Source: Terriglobia bacterium (GTDB lineage: Bacteria > Acidobacteriota > Terriglobia > 20CM-2-55-15). Taken from it: a stretch of DNA of 64,000 nt. Shown here in pieces: positions 1-9,906 of the stretch; positions within the stretch are counted from its first letter, which is position 1; the number at the start of each line of letters is the position of its first letter. The translations under genes and the position numbers were made by a program. Below the pieces are notes generated by a model. The model searched no databases. It was not told the DNA's origin and saw only the letters and a list, made by a program, of their open reading frames with translations. The stretch lies in contig CAXWPJ010000009.1 of assembly GCA_963664115.2 (NCBI GenBank), forward strand, positions 640,001-704,000. The letters are read 5' to 3'.

Positions 1-7
1 CATCGCC

Positions 8-952
8 ATGGGCACATGGCGCAAGCTCAAGGACGAGCTCAAACGTGGGATCGGAGACGATCTCACTATCAACCAATTGGCCGATCTTTACTTCGAATGC
101 TACTGCAAGGTACAGAACAAACGACCCGAATTCAAGAAATACGCGCTGAAGCCGATCCGAGCCAAGCTCGGCAACGTTACGGTACGTTATCTACGTCGGG
201 CAGACGTTTACGACTTTGTGCGGCAACGTTCGAAAGAGGTCGCGCCAGCAACGGTCAATCGAAGCGTGGGAGTGCTTAAGAACATGCTCACGTTCGCTCT
301 GGATAACGAACTGATCGACCAACATCCCCTCATTCGGTTCCGCATGCTTCGCGAGGAGCCGAGGGCTATTCGCGTTCTAACGGTAGCCGAGGAACGTTGT
401 TTGATCGATTCCATCGCTAACCCAACGATCGCCAGTTACGTTGCAATCCTGGGTGAAACCGGACTCCGCAAGGAGGAAGGGCTGAGTCTACGTTGGGCAA
501 ACGTTAATCTGGTCGATCGAATGCTTTCGGTGGAACATACCAAGAGCGGTCGTCCACGTTACGTCCCCTTATCTGAGTTTGCGATCGAGCACCTTGGATC
601 GTTGGTCCGACTGATCGATTGTCCCTATGTGTTCGTTAATCTCAAGACTGGCACCCGATGGAACGATCCGCGGGAGCCGTTTGAGGCCGGTAAGGAGAAA
701 GCCGGCCTCTCCTGGGTCGGATTCCATGATCTGAGGCGCTACCGGGCGACTCAGTGGGTCCGCCAGGGGGTCGATCTCAAGACGGTGCAGGAACTATTGG
801 GTCATGCCGACATTCAAACCACGATGCGGTATGCCCATTTCTCACCGGACCATGCCATTCAGAAAATCCGTTCCGTACAGCGATCTGAACAAGAAAACTG
901 GGAGTTGGAGCGGGCGAAAAGCGGGAGGCGAATCCGAAGTGAGAGTCTTTGA
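8..952 (+). CDS. Tyrosine recombinase / phage-type integrase (frame is open to the window edge, so the true start may lie upstream)
   Basis: Catalytic residues R (GLRKEE), K (TKSG), HxxR (FHDLRR), H (LLGH), Y (MRYAH); the gene ends 27 bp from the 3' end of a tRNA. Confidence 0.92.
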   Translation: MGTWRKLKDELKRGIGDDLTINQLADLYFECYCKVQNKRPEFKKYALKPIRAKLGNVTVRYLRRADVYDFVRQRSKEVAPATVNRSVGVLKNMLTFALDNELIDQHPLIRFRMLREEPRAIRVLTVAEERCLIDSIANPTIASYVAILGETGLRKEEGLSLRWANVNLVDRMLSVEHTKSGRPRYVPLSEFAIEHLGSLVRLIDCPYVFVNLKTGTRWNDPREPFEAGKEKAGLSWVGFHDLRRYRATQWVRQGVDLKTVQELLGHADIQTTMRYAHFSPDHAIQKIRSVQRSEQENWELERAKSGRRIRSESL

Positions 953-979
953 GAGGCGTAAAAGGGCTGTAACTCGTTA

Positions 980-1063
980 TGCCGAAAAGAAGATTCGAAC
1001 TTCCACGGGGTTGCCCCCACTAGATTCTGAGTCTAGCGCGTCTGCCAGTTCCGCCATTTCGGC
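980..1063 (-). tRNA. tRNA-Leu (CAG), no encoded CCA; probable integration site
   Basis: Reverse complement folds as GCCGAAA/TTTCGGC acceptor, CTAGA-CTCAGAA-TCTAG anticodon arm, long variable arm, GGAAG-TTCGAAT-CTTCT T arm, discriminator A. Confidence 0.95.
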
Positions 1064-1151
1064 CTATCTATTCAATTTAAATGGCCGCAACTGCGAAGTC
1101 AACCGAAGGCGGGGTTTGTAAAGCGCTTCCGGATGTGACACAAGTGAGGGC

Positions 1152-3335
1152 GTGGCACGCAGGAAATCGCCGGCCAGAAAAGCGGCGGCTAGGAAATCCC
1201 CAGCAAGGTTGCACAGCAGGGACTTCTCCAGGGAAGTGCTCCTCGACTACATCCGCAACCAAGCGGATCGGTCCGCAGGCTTCCGTCGTATTCTCGATGA
1301 CTTCGGCGCCGACAAGACCGATCGCAAACAGATCAAGGACATCCTCGATCAACTTGTCAAAGAAGATAAGCTCACCCGGCACAAAGGGAACCGATACGAG
1401 GCACCTCCGGCTCTCTCTCTGTACCGAGGGCGTATCTCGCTCCACGCAGACGGTTATGGCTTCGTTATGCCCGAGGAAAAGATTCCAGGCATAAGCGGCG
1501 ACATATTCATTCCCCCGTCAAAAACCGCTTCGTCGATGGACGGCGACCGGGTGGCCGTTGCGATCACGTTCCCAAAGAAAGCCGAAGGCCGCGTCGTACG
1601 GGTCGAAGAACGTGCCCGAACGAAAGTCGTCGGACAACTCCGATACGATGGGCGCGTCTACTTTCTTTCGCCGGCCGACGAAAAGCTTCCGGACAAGATC
1701 TTGATCAAAGGCGAGGTGAGCGAACACAAAGACAAGATTATCGAAATCGAGTTGACACGATTCGGTTCCGAGTCCGTTTGGCCCGCAGGAGAACTGGTTT
1801 CGGTGCTCGGCTTCATCGACGATCCCGATGTCGAAACAAGCATCATCATCAAAAAGTATGGCCTAAGGGTCAAGTTTCCTGAAGCGGTGGAAGAAGAAGT
1901 TTCACAACTACCGCTGACGCTGACCGACACTGATATTGCTGCACGGGACGATTTTCGGGACAGAGAAACGATAACCATCGATCCGGCGACGGCGCGCGAT
2001 TTTGACGATGCCGTCGACGTCGGGCAACTCGCGGACGGTGGATTCCGTCTGGGTGTTCACATCGCCGACGTCGCCCACTTCGTCGCTCCCGGTTCCGCTA
2101 CCGATAATGACGCGCGGGAACGCAGCTGTTCGGTCTATTTCCCCGATCGCGTCGTACCGATGCTGCCGGAGCGGATTTCAAACGATATCTGCTCGCTCAA
2201 TCCTCGTACGGATCGGCTGACGATGAGCGTCGTCCTGGACATTGGGACGGACGGAGCGATTCGCGGTCAGTCGTTTCACGAAAGCGTGATTCGTTCCGAC
2301 GAACGCATGGACTACGAAACCGTCCAGAAGATTCTGGACCGCGATACAGGACTGAGAAAGCGGCACCGACGGGTCGTCGGAACAATAGAGTTGCTCGAAA
2401 CGGTTGCGCGTCTGCTACTCGAACGCCGGACCAGGCAAGGAACCATTGGCTTCGACCTGCCGGAACCCGAACTGACCTATAACAATGAGGGAGGGGTCGA
2501 AAGCATCGTAAAGGCCGAGCACTACTTTTCCCATCGTATGATCGAAGAGTTCATGATCGCGGCGAACGAGGCCGTTGCGCGACTGCTCGAAACCGAAATG
2601 CCGGCGACAATCTTCCGCATTCATGAACGTCCCGATCCGGCCAAGGTCAGCGAGTTGGGCGAAACTCTCGCGTCGTTGGGTTTACGGTTTCGACCCCGCA
2701 AATTGACGCCTCGCGCTTTCCAGCAGTTCTTGAGTTCCATCGAGGGCCGGCCCGACGAGCGGATGATCTCGTTTCTCGTGCTGCGCTCCTTCAAACAAGC
2801 CGTCTATTCCACGAACAACGCGGGCCATTTCGGATTGGCCTCGGCCAGTTATACGCACTTCACCTCACCCATTAGAAGATATCCGGACCTGGTTGTGCAT
2901 CGCCTGCTCAAGACTTACCTGTCCGGGCGGCGGCGTTGGGGTTATTCACTCGTCGAACTCGACGCGATGGCGGCCACGTCCAGCCGAAGAGAACGTATCG
3001 CGGATCAGGCCGAGCGCGACCTCTTCGAATGGAAAAGGATGACATTGCTCGAAGCACACCTTGGCGACACGCTCGATGCAATCATCGTCAGTGTTTGGGG
3101 GAAGGGCGTCCGTGTGGAGCTTGTGGACTACTTTATAGAAGGCCTGGTGTCTGTAGATGACATGGATGACGACTACTACGATTTCGATGCCCGGTCGCAC
3201 ACGCTCATCGGCCGCGGGACCCGGAGAAAGTACCGACTCGGACAAAGGATCCGTGTTCGCGTTGCGCGCGTGGATAAGCTGTTGGGCCGCGCGTATTTCC
3301 TGCCGGTACTGGCCAAGGCTAATCGCTCCGATTAG
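1152..3335 (+). CDS. rnr: Ribonuclease R
   Basis: Cold-shock domain (HADGYGFV), RNB catalytic motifs (TIDPATARDFDDA, HIADV, HFTSPIRRYPDL), C-terminal S1 domain. Confidence 0.95.
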   Translation: MARRKSPARKAAARKSPARLHSRDFSREVLLDYIRNQADRSAGFRRILDDFGADKTDRKQIKDILDQLVKEDKLTRHKGNRYEAPPALSLYRGRISLHADGYGFVMPEEKIPGISGDIFIPPSKTASSMDGDRVAVAITFPKKAEGRVVRVEERARTKVVGQLRYDGRVYFLSPADEKLPDKILIKGEVSEHKDKIIEIELTRFGSESVWPAGELVSVLGFIDDPDVETSIIIKKYGLRVKFPEAVEEEVSQLPLTLTDTDIAARDDFRDRETITIDPATARDFDDAVDVGQLADGGFRLGVHIADVAHFVAPGSATDNDARERSCSVYFPDRVVPMLPERISNDICSLNPRTDRLTMSVVLDIGTDGAIRGQSFHESVIRSDERMDYETVQKILDRDTGLRKRHRRVVGTIELLETVARLLLERRTRQGTIGFDLPEPELTYNNEGGVESIVKAEHYFSHRMIEEFMIAANEAVARLLETEMPATIFRIHERPDPAKVSELGETLASLGLRFRPRKLTPRAFQQFLSSIEGRPDERMISFLVLRSFKQAVYSTNNAGHFGLASASYTHFTSPIRRYPDLVVHRLLKTYLSGRRRWGYSLVELDAMAATSSRRERIADQAERDLFEWKRMTLLEAHLGDTLDAIIVSVWGKGVRVELVDYFIEGLVSVDDMDDDYYDFDARSHTLIGRGTRRKYRLGQRIRVRVARVDKLLGRAYFLPVLAKANRSD

Positions 3336-3356
3336 AATAGGGTGTTTGCTTGCCTA

Positions 3357-3429
3357 GCCGGCGTAGCTCAGAGGTTAGAGCGAAGGTCTCATAATCCTTA
3401 GGTCGGTGGTTCGAGTCCACCCGCCGGCA
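3357..3429 (+). tRNA. tRNA with CAT anticodon (elongator Met most likely; Ile2/lysidine not excluded)
   Basis: GCCGGCG/CGCCGGC acceptor, GCTC/GAGC D stem, AAGGT-CTCATAA-TCCTT anticodon arm with a U31-U39 mismatch, GGTGG-TTCGAGT-CCACC T arm; paired 1:72 and no run of three G:C pairs in the anticodon stem, so not the initiator. Confidence 0.9.
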
Positions 3430-3503
3430 TTAACGCGAGAGTCCCCCGGCCGCATGTCTCGACAGTGGGCTCGCACGGCGAGTGGAAAGCGCTGCACGAA
3501 GAC

Positions 3504-3537
3504 GGGCACGGACTTAACACGGTCTGCGCCCTTTTTT
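3504..3537 (+). terminator. Probable intrinsic terminator after the tRNA
   Basis: GGGCACGGACT...GGTCTGCGCCC hairpin followed by TTTTTT. Confidence 0.6.
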
Positions 3538-3692
3538 GGGCAGACCTTGTTGATGTGTAGAAATGCGGAGTGAGATCTCAAATTGCGACACTCGGCAGGC
3601 GATCGGCCCGTTTCCGCGCTGATCGCCCGCCTCGTGGGAGATCTGAGGTAGCGCTAGTATTAACCGCCTCTCAGACAGAACAGGTCCAACCC

Positions 3693-4358
3693 TCAAGTTT
3701 TCTGCCCAGACACGAACAATCGCTCCATCTCGGAAGGTTCGGCGAACCAATGATCAGGATTATGAGGTTCGAGAGCTTCACGCACGAACGGTCCCCAGAG
3801 CGCCGCTCCGGTTTGTACACCGGCTGCGCGGCCGCAGGCCATGTCGTGCGGTGAATCGCCCACGAACACAGCCCGTTCAGCGGTAACATTCAAATTTTCG
3901 AGTGCTTTCAACACGGGCTCGGCGTGTGGCTTCGGGTTCCGCACGTCATCAGCCCCGATCAGGACCTCGAAGAGCCCGTCATAACCACCCAGCGCCAGCC
4001 CCCGTTCGAGCCCGCCGTGCATCTTGCTGGCGACCACGCCCAAACGATAGCCCGCTCCGTGTAAGGCCTTCACCGCATCGCACACCCCGGGATACTCCCT
4101 GACGAGATCGTCATGATGTTCCAAATTGTGTTCCATGTAGGTAGCTATCAGCGACTGGATCTCGTCCGGATCTTCCGTAAACTGGCGGAACTGGACCCGA
4201 AGCGGAATACCGATGTTCTGGCGCCACGCTTGCTCGGAAACCGGGTCGAGGCCGTGCACCCGAACGGTATGGCGATAACTTTCGAGGATGAGTTCGACGG
4301 TGTCGATGAGAGTGCCGTCGAGATCGAAGAGAACGGTTGTGATTGAAGAATGCCTCAT
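3693..4358 (-). CDS. HAD-superfamily (IA) phosphatase, PpaX/Gph-like
   Basis: Motif I FDLDGTLIDT, KPHAEP, motif IV GDSPHD. Confidence 0.9.
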   Translation of the reverse strand: MRHSSITTVLFDLDGTLIDTVELILESYRHTVRVHGLDPVSEQAWRQNIGIPLRVQFRQFTEDPDEIQSLIATYMEHNLEHHDDLVREYPGVCDAVKALHGAGYRLGVVASKMHGGLERGLALGGYDGLFEVLIGADDVRNPKPHAEPVLKALENLNVTAERAVFVGDSPHDMACGRAAGVQTGAALWGPFVREALEPHNPDHWFAEPSEMERLFVSGQKT

Positions 4359-4387
4359 CCGGTGATCTATCCGGTTATTCTTTCCCT

Positions 4388-4573
4388 ATGCCCTGCAAGT
4401 GCATCCAAGTAAGCAAAGTCCCTCTCCCCGGAAAGTCGGGAGTATACCAGTACACGTTCAAGTGCACGACCAGCGACGGACGCACGAAGAAGGCCGTTCT
4501 CGCCGAATCCGACGACCGGCGCGCCCGGATGGTCGCAGAAATCAAATGCGAACAGGTCACTGCCCGAGAGTGA
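4388..4573 (+). CDS. Small hypothetical protein (61 aa, four Cys)
   Basis: ATG-started ORF filling the HAD-tilS gap, followed directly by a REP-like hairpin; no family recognised, no clear RBS. Confidence 0.4.
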   Translation: MPCKCIQVSKVPLPGKSGVYQYTFKCTTSDGRTKKAVLAESDDRRARMVAEIKCEQVTARE

Positions 4574-4574
4574 G

Positions 4575-4610
4575 GGGAATTCGGGATATAGGGCTCTGAC
4601 CCCAATTCCC
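4575..4610. repeat. REP-like palindromic element (ATAGGGCTCTGACCCC family)
   Basis: Same core as both arms at 8062-8140; bracketed by GGGAATT/AATTCCC. Confidence 0.7.
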
Positions 4611-4659
4611 AACGTATTGATAACACGGCGTACTTGCATCATAATCGTTTCAATCAACC

Positions 4660-6030
4660 ATGAAAAACCCAACGCTGGTCGACAGAGTCGCCACGACGAT
4701 TGATAAGTGGCGGATGCTCTCCGCTGGGGATTCCCTGCTGATCGGAGTATCGGGTGGGGCCGATTCGGTGTGCCTGGTACATGTCCTCAGGGAGCTTGGC
4801 TTCAAACCCGGTCTGGCACACCTTAACCATGGCTGGCGCGGGCAAGAGTCCGACGAGGACGCCAGGTTCGTTGAAGATCTGGCAAAGAAGCTCGATCTGG
4901 ACTTCTTCGAACGCCGGAGCCAGGCGGATCCTGGCCAGGGCAACCGCGAAGCCACAGCCCGGACGAACCGGCAGGAATTCTTCCATGAAATCATGGAAAG
5001 CAACGGCATCGCCCGACTCGCACTGGGACATACGTCGGACGATCGGGTCGAAACCTTCCTGCACCACCTGCTCCGGGGTTCGGGAACCCGGGGTCTCGTA
5101 TCGATGCGCCCTCTCTCGGGCAAGATCGTCCGCCCCCTCATTCAATCGACTCGCCGGGAAGTTGAAGACTACCTCAAGGAAAGAAACCAAGCCTGGCGGG
5201 AAGACCGGACCAACGAAGATACCCGGTTCGTCAGGAACCGGATCCGCCACGTGGTCCTTCCAGAGTTGACTGCGGCGTTCAATCCCCGCCTTCAGGAATC
5301 GCTGTCGCGAACCATAGATATTCTCGAAGCCGAGGACGATTGGCTGGAGGGCAGCGTTCGTGAATGGCTCAAATCAAGAGCCTCCGGCGAGGGCGAGGCG
5401 CTGGTCGTCGATTTCGACGACCTCGGGTCAAAACCAATTGCCTTTGTCCGTAGGGTATTAATGGCCTCTTTGCGGTGGGCGGGCTCGTCTATGCAGGACA
5501 TCGGCTTCGATCATGTTGAAAACATTCGGTCTCTGCTTGAATCTGGTAAGAGTGGCCGCGTCATCGAGTTGCCGGGTCCAATCACGGTCGAGCGAAATTT
5601 CGGGCAACTGTTCTTCCGTCCGTCGGATTGGGTGCCTGCGGACTATGAGTACGAACTGACGATTCCGGGTGAGGTACACATCGCTGAAATCGGCACAATT
5701 TTCCAGGCTCACCTGCGTTCGCCCGACGCCCTAAAACCCAAGCAGGCCGGGGCCTTTGTCGATGGTGAATCTCTCGGACCGTGTGTTAAGATCAGGAATT
5801 GGAAAAACGGCGACTTCTATAATCCGATTGGCAGGCCGGCGTCTAAACTGAAGGAGTTGTTCCAGACGGAACGAATTCCGCAAAGGAAGAGGCGTCAGTG
5901 GCCGGTTTTTGTCGCCGAATCATCTATTGTCTGGGTAGCCTCTTTTCCCGTGTCCCGTGATTTCGTCCCGACGGGAACTTCCCGAAGCATCGTCGAGTTT
6001 GAGGCTGTGCCGTCAGCAAAGGTGATATAG
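4660..6030 (+). CDS. tilS: tRNA(Ile)-lysidine synthetase
   Basis: PP-loop SGGADS, GHTSDDRVET, RNRIRH, C-terminal TilS domain; upstream of ftsH. Confidence 0.95.
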   Translation: MKNPTLVDRVATTIDKWRMLSAGDSLLIGVSGGADSVCLVHVLRELGFKPGLAHLNHGWRGQESDEDARFVEDLAKKLDLDFFERRSQADPGQGNREATARTNRQEFFHEIMESNGIARLALGHTSDDRVETFLHHLLRGSGTRGLVSMRPLSGKIVRPLIQSTRREVEDYLKERNQAWREDRTNEDTRFVRNRIRHVVLPELTAAFNPRLQESLSRTIDILEAEDDWLEGSVREWLKSRASGEGEALVVDFDDLGSKPIAFVRRVLMASLRWAGSSMQDIGFDHVENIRSLLESGKSGRVIELPGPITVERNFGQLFFRPSDWVPADYEYELTIPGEVHIAEIGTIFQAHLRSPDALKPKQAGAFVDGESLGPCVKIRNWKNGDFYNPIGRPASKLKELFQTERIPQRKRRQWPVFVAESSIVWVASFPVSRDFVPTGTSRSIVEFEAVPSAKVI

Positions 6031-6124
6031 CGCTGCCCCGGAAAACGTTTAGCGCTCAGGCTTGTCTAAATCATATGAGCCCGAACGCATCGAGATCGGG
6101 GTTGGCTGCTCTAGGGGGTTACTT

Positions 6125-8047
6125 TTGAATTCGACAACCAAGACCATTCTATTCTGGGTCGCGCTCCTGCTGACCGCTGTCCTTTTGTACCAGGTGGTTC
6201 AGCGAACGACGACCCGCGCGGAAGCCGAGTTCAACTTCAGCCGGTTCATGGAGGAAGTGGAACGCGGAGCGGTAAGAGAGGTCACGATTGCTGATTCCCA
6301 GGTCACGGGAGAACTCACCTCCGGCGAAGCCTTCAGGACATTCATCCCCATGGAGTACCCGGAGTTGCTGAGTCTCCTCAGGGAGAGGGACGTCGTCATC
6401 GAAGGCGTACCCTCCAACCAGAGCCCATGGTTGACGGCGCTACTTTCCTGGGCGCCGTTCTTGTTCATTATCGGATTCTGGATCTTTTTCATGCGGCAGA
6501 TGCAGAGCGGTGGGAACAAAGCCCTCTCGTTCGGCAAGAGCCGAGCCCGTCTCTTGACGGCCCATCAGAAGAAGATCACGTTCAAGGACGTCTCCGGTGT
6601 GGACGAGGCGAAAGAAGAGCTCCACGAAATTATTGATTTCCTGAAAGAACCCCAGAAATATCAGAAGTTGGGTGGCCGCATCCCCAAGGGCGTTCTGTTG
6701 GTCGGCCCTCCAGGAACAGGCAAGACACTTCTGGCGCGCGCCATCGCGGGAGAAGCCAACGTCCCATTCTTTTCGATCAGCGGTTCCGATTTCGTTGAGA
6801 TGTTCGTCGGTGTTGGGGCTTCCCGTGTCCGCGACCTTTTCGAACAGGGTAAGAAGAACGCACCGTGCATCGTATTTATCGACGAGATCGACGCTGTCGG
6901 ACGGCATCGGGGCGCGGGATTGGGCGGCGGCCACGACGAACGCGAGCAGACTCTGAACCAGTTGCTCGTGGAGATGGACGGGTTTGAGTCCAACGAAGGT
7001 GTCATTCTCGTGGCAGCCACGAACCGTCCGGACGTGCTGGACCCGGCATTGCTGAGACCCGGCCGTTTCGACCGGCGCGTTGTCGTACCGCGCCCCGATG
7101 TCAGAGGGCGCGAGGGGATCCTCAACGTTCACATCCGAAAGATCCCTTTGATGGACGATGTGGATCTCGGGGTCATCGCCCGCAGCACACCCGGCTTCAC
7201 AGGCGCAGACCTTGCGAATCTCATCAACGAAGCGGCTTTGAATGCCGCAAGGATGAACCACAAGGCCGTCGGCATGGAAGACTTCGAAACCTCGAAGGAC
7301 AAGGTGATGATGGGTGCGGCACGAAAGTCGATGATCATCAGCGAGCACGAGAAAATGGTCACTGCATATCACGAAGCCGGACATGCCCTCGTCGCGGCGA
7401 TGGTTCCCGGCGCAGACCCCCTACATAAAGTGACGATCATTCCCCGCGGCATGGCTCTGGGCGTGACGCAGCAGCTACCGATAGACGATAGACACACCTA
7501 TCCTCGCACCTACCTGGAAGGGCAGCTTGCGATCATGATGGGAGGGCGTTTGGCCGAAGATCTTTTCCTGGACACGGTGACGACGGGTGCCGGAAACGAC
7601 ATCGAACAGGCCACTGAATTAGCCCGCAAGATGGTTTGCAATTACGGTATGTCCGAGATCGGCCCGCTGACCTTCGGCCGCCAGGAAGAGCAGATTTTCC
7701 TGGGGCGCGAGATCAGTCAGCACCGGGATTACAGTGAGGCTACAGCGCAAGCGATCGACGAACAAGTCCGCAATTTCGTAATGCAGGGCTACGAACGCGC
7801 AAAAGGGATATTAACTGAAAACAAAGACGCGCTCATCCGCATTGCCGAGGCTCTGCTCGAAAGGGAATCGCTGGACGGTGTCGACATTCAGACACTGATC
7901 GATGGACAGCCCTTAAAGGAGAAACCGGCTCCGACACCGCCGCAGAAGGACGAGGACGAAAAGGGCGAGAAGAGCGAAAGCGCAGAGCCCGAAAAGGAAA
8001 ACGTCGTCCCTCCGATTCCGCCGCACGAAAACCCCTCGCCTGCCTGA
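6125..8047 (+). CDS. ftsH: ATP-dependent zinc metalloprotease FtsH (TTG start after AGGGGG)
   Basis: Two TM segments, Walker A GPPGTGKT, Walker B IDEID, SRH, HEAGH zinc motif. Confidence 0.97.
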   Translation: MNSTTKTILFWVALLLTAVLLYQVVQRTTTRAEAEFNFSRFMEEVERGAVREVTIADSQVTGELTSGEAFRTFIPMEYPELLSLLRERDVVIEGVPSNQSPWLTALLSWAPFLFIIGFWIFFMRQMQSGGNKALSFGKSRARLLTAHQKKITFKDVSGVDEAKEELHEIIDFLKEPQKYQKLGGRIPKGVLLVGPPGTGKTLLARAIAGEANVPFFSISGSDFVEMFVGVGASRVRDLFEQGKKNAPCIVFIDEIDAVGRHRGAGLGGGHDEREQTLNQLLVEMDGFESNEGVILVAATNRPDVLDPALLRPGRFDRRVVVPRPDVRGREGILNVHIRKIPLMDDVDLGVIARSTPGFTGADLANLINEAALNAARMNHKAVGMEDFETSKDKVMMGAARKSMIISEHEKMVTAYHEAGHALVAAMVPGADPLHKVTIIPRGMALGVTQQLPIDDRHTYPRTYLEGQLAIMMGGRLAEDLFLDTVTTGAGNDIEQATELARKMVCNYGMSEIGPLTFGRQEEQIFLGREISQHRDYSEATAQAIDEQVRNFVMQGYERAKGILTENKDALIRIAEALLERESLDGVDIQTLIDGQPLKEKPAPTPPQKDEDEKGEKSESAEPEKENVVPPIPPHENPSPA

Positions 8048-8056
8048 AGCACAGCG

Positions 8057-8145
8057 AAAATGGGGTCAGAGCCCTATATTCCGATTTAACGGATTGGCCA
8101 CCCGTGGAGTCATTAATTAGGTAAATAGGGCTCTGACCCTATTTT
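8057..8145. repeat. REP-like inverted pair
   Basis: AAAATGGGGTCAGAGCCCTAT ... ATAGGGCTCTGACCCTATTTT. Confidence 0.75.
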
Positions 8146-8158
8146 TATGATGAGTTAC

Positions 8159-8189
8159 GAGCCAGAGGCCAGCGCTTCTGGCTTTTTTC
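8159..8189 (+). terminator. Terminator-like hairpin directly before the folP ATG
   Basis: GAGCCAGAGGC-CAGC-GCTTCTGGCTT followed by TTTT. Confidence 0.55.
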
Positions 8190-8191
8190 TT

Positions 8192-9031
8192 ATGCGCAAA
8201 AACTATAACTGGAAGTTGCCTCGCACTTTGATTGAGTTGGGCTCCCGAACTGCGATCATGGGGATCCTCAACCTGACACCGGATTCCTTTTCCGATGGCG
8301 GCCTCTACAACGACCCGGAGCAGGCCGTGGACCGGGCCTTAGAAATTGAGGCAGAAGGCGCCGACCTGTTAGACATCGGAGGGCAATCCACTCGCCCCCT
8401 CAGTTCGCCGCTTGGTGCGAGCGAAGAGGCACGACGGGTGCTTCCCTTGCTGGAACGAATCGTATCGACGATCAAGATCCCCGTTTCCATAGACACCTAC
8501 CACGCGGAAGTGGCGAGGCTGGCTATGTCCGCTGGAGCCCAGATAATCAACGATATCAGTGGCTTCCGGATCGACCCTGAAATGATAAATATTGCACGCA
8601 AAACCGGGGCGGGAGTGGTATTGATGCACAGCCGTGGCGACCGGGACGAAATCCATTTACAAAAGGATGGCGAAGGGCCCGATACGATCCGGGACGAATT
8701 ACTCCAAACCTCGGTGCATGCCGTGAGCAGCGGCATCGCTGCCGAAGCAATCGTTGTGGATCCCGGCATCGGCTTCTCCAAAGGCCGCGAGACCAGTCTA
8801 AAAGTCTTAAAAAGACTCGATATTTTTAGTACACTAGGCTATCCGTTACTGGTGGGCACGTCCCGTAAATCGTTCATTAAGGTAGATATACCTGTCGCCG
8901 AGGCTGCTGATTGGAGCACGGCGGCGGCCGTAGCACTGGCTATAGCTGGGGGCGCACAAATTGTTCGCGTTCACGATGTCGCCCATATGCGGGTGGTCGT
9001 GCAGGTTGCGGATTCCGTTCTCCAAGCCTGA
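8192..9031 (+). CDS. folP: Dihydropteroate synthase
   Basis: MGILNLTPDSFSDGG, DIGGQSTRP, DPGIGF, SRKSF, RVHDV. Confidence 0.95.
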   Translation: MRKNYNWKLPRTLIELGSRTAIMGILNLTPDSFSDGGLYNDPEQAVDRALEIEAEGADLLDIGGQSTRPLSSPLGASEEARRVLPLLERIVSTIKIPVSIDTYHAEVARLAMSAGAQIINDISGFRIDPEMINIARKTGAGVVLMHSRGDRDEIHLQKDGEGPDTIRDELLQTSVHAVSSGIAAEAIVVDPGIGFSKGRETSLKVLKRLDIFSTLGYPLLVGTSRKSFIKVDIPVAEAADWSTAAAVALAIAGGAQIVRVHDVAHMRVVVQVADSVLQA

Positions 9032-9048
9032 GGGGCGGAGAACCCGAT

Positions 9049-9095
9049 CAAGAGTTAAAAGTTACCGGAAAAGCACTCTTAACTTCTAACTTCTT
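9049..9095. repeat. Inverted heptamer-type repeat (AAGAGTT AAAAGTT / TAACTTC TAACTTC)
   Basis: Related to the element at 10841-10898. Confidence 0.5.
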
Positions 9096-9902
9096 ATGCT
9101 CAACGATCTTTCATTGCCGGCACTCGATCTGTACGCGCTTCTCGACATCAGTGTCGTCGCGATCATCATCTATCAGGCCCTCCTCCTGATGAGGGGGACG
9201 CGTGCCGTCCAGATGGCGCTCGGTCTCACACTGGTCATCGCCTTCTTTTACGTGTCGCGGTGGAGCCAACTCGCTACGCTGTCCTGGCTGCTGACCAACA
9301 TCCTTTCCTATTTGTTCATCGCGGTCATCGTAATCTTCCAATCCGAAATTCGCCGCGCGCTGGCGCACTTCGGGAAGACGCCTTTCTTTAGCGGATTTTC
9401 TTCGATCAATCGTAGCGAGTTATACGAGGAAATCGTTTTGGCATCGACCACGCTGGCCGAACGACGCACCGGTGCGCTGATCGTGATCGAGCGGGACATT
9501 GGCCTGAAGAACTACATAGAAAGCGGCATCGCACTGGATTCTCTGATTTCATACGATCTATTGGTGACTGTCTTCGACCCGTCGGTCCCGCTGCACGATG
9601 GAGCAGCAATTATCCGGAACAACCGGATTGCGGCCACGGCTTGCTTCTTGCCTCTGACGGTCAATCCGATTCTGAGTAAGGAACTTGGAACACGACATCG
9701 CGCAGCCATCGGTGTCACCGAGGAAACAGACAGCGTAGCCATCGTCGTCTCCGAAGAAACCGGATCTATTTCGTTTGCCTCCAACGGAAAGATTGAGCGG
9801 TTTCTGGATGCGGACAGCCTCCGGCTGAAGCTGCGCGAGGCCTTCGGAAAGAAGACTCCGGACAAAATATTGAACCCGGTCACTTCACCGGCGGAATCGT
9901 AA
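9096..9902 (+). CDS. cdaA: Diadenylate cyclase CdaA (DacA)
   Basis: Three N-terminal TM helices, DAC motifs DGA (LHDGA) and RHR (GTRHRAA); followed by a YbbR protein and glmM. Confidence 0.95.
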   Translation: MLNDLSLPALDLYALLDISVVAIIIYQALLLMRGTRAVQMALGLTLVIAFFYVSRWSQLATLSWLLTNILSYLFIAVIVIFQSEIRRALAHFGKTPFFSGFSSINRSELYEEIVLASTTLAERRTGALIVIERDIGLKNYIESGIALDSLISYDLLVTVFDPSVPLHDGAAIIRNNRIAATACFLPLTVNPILSKELGTRHRAAIGVTEETDSVAIVVSEETGSISFASNGKIERFLDADSLRLKLREAFGKKTPDKILNPVTSPAES

Positions 9903-9906
9903 GAAG

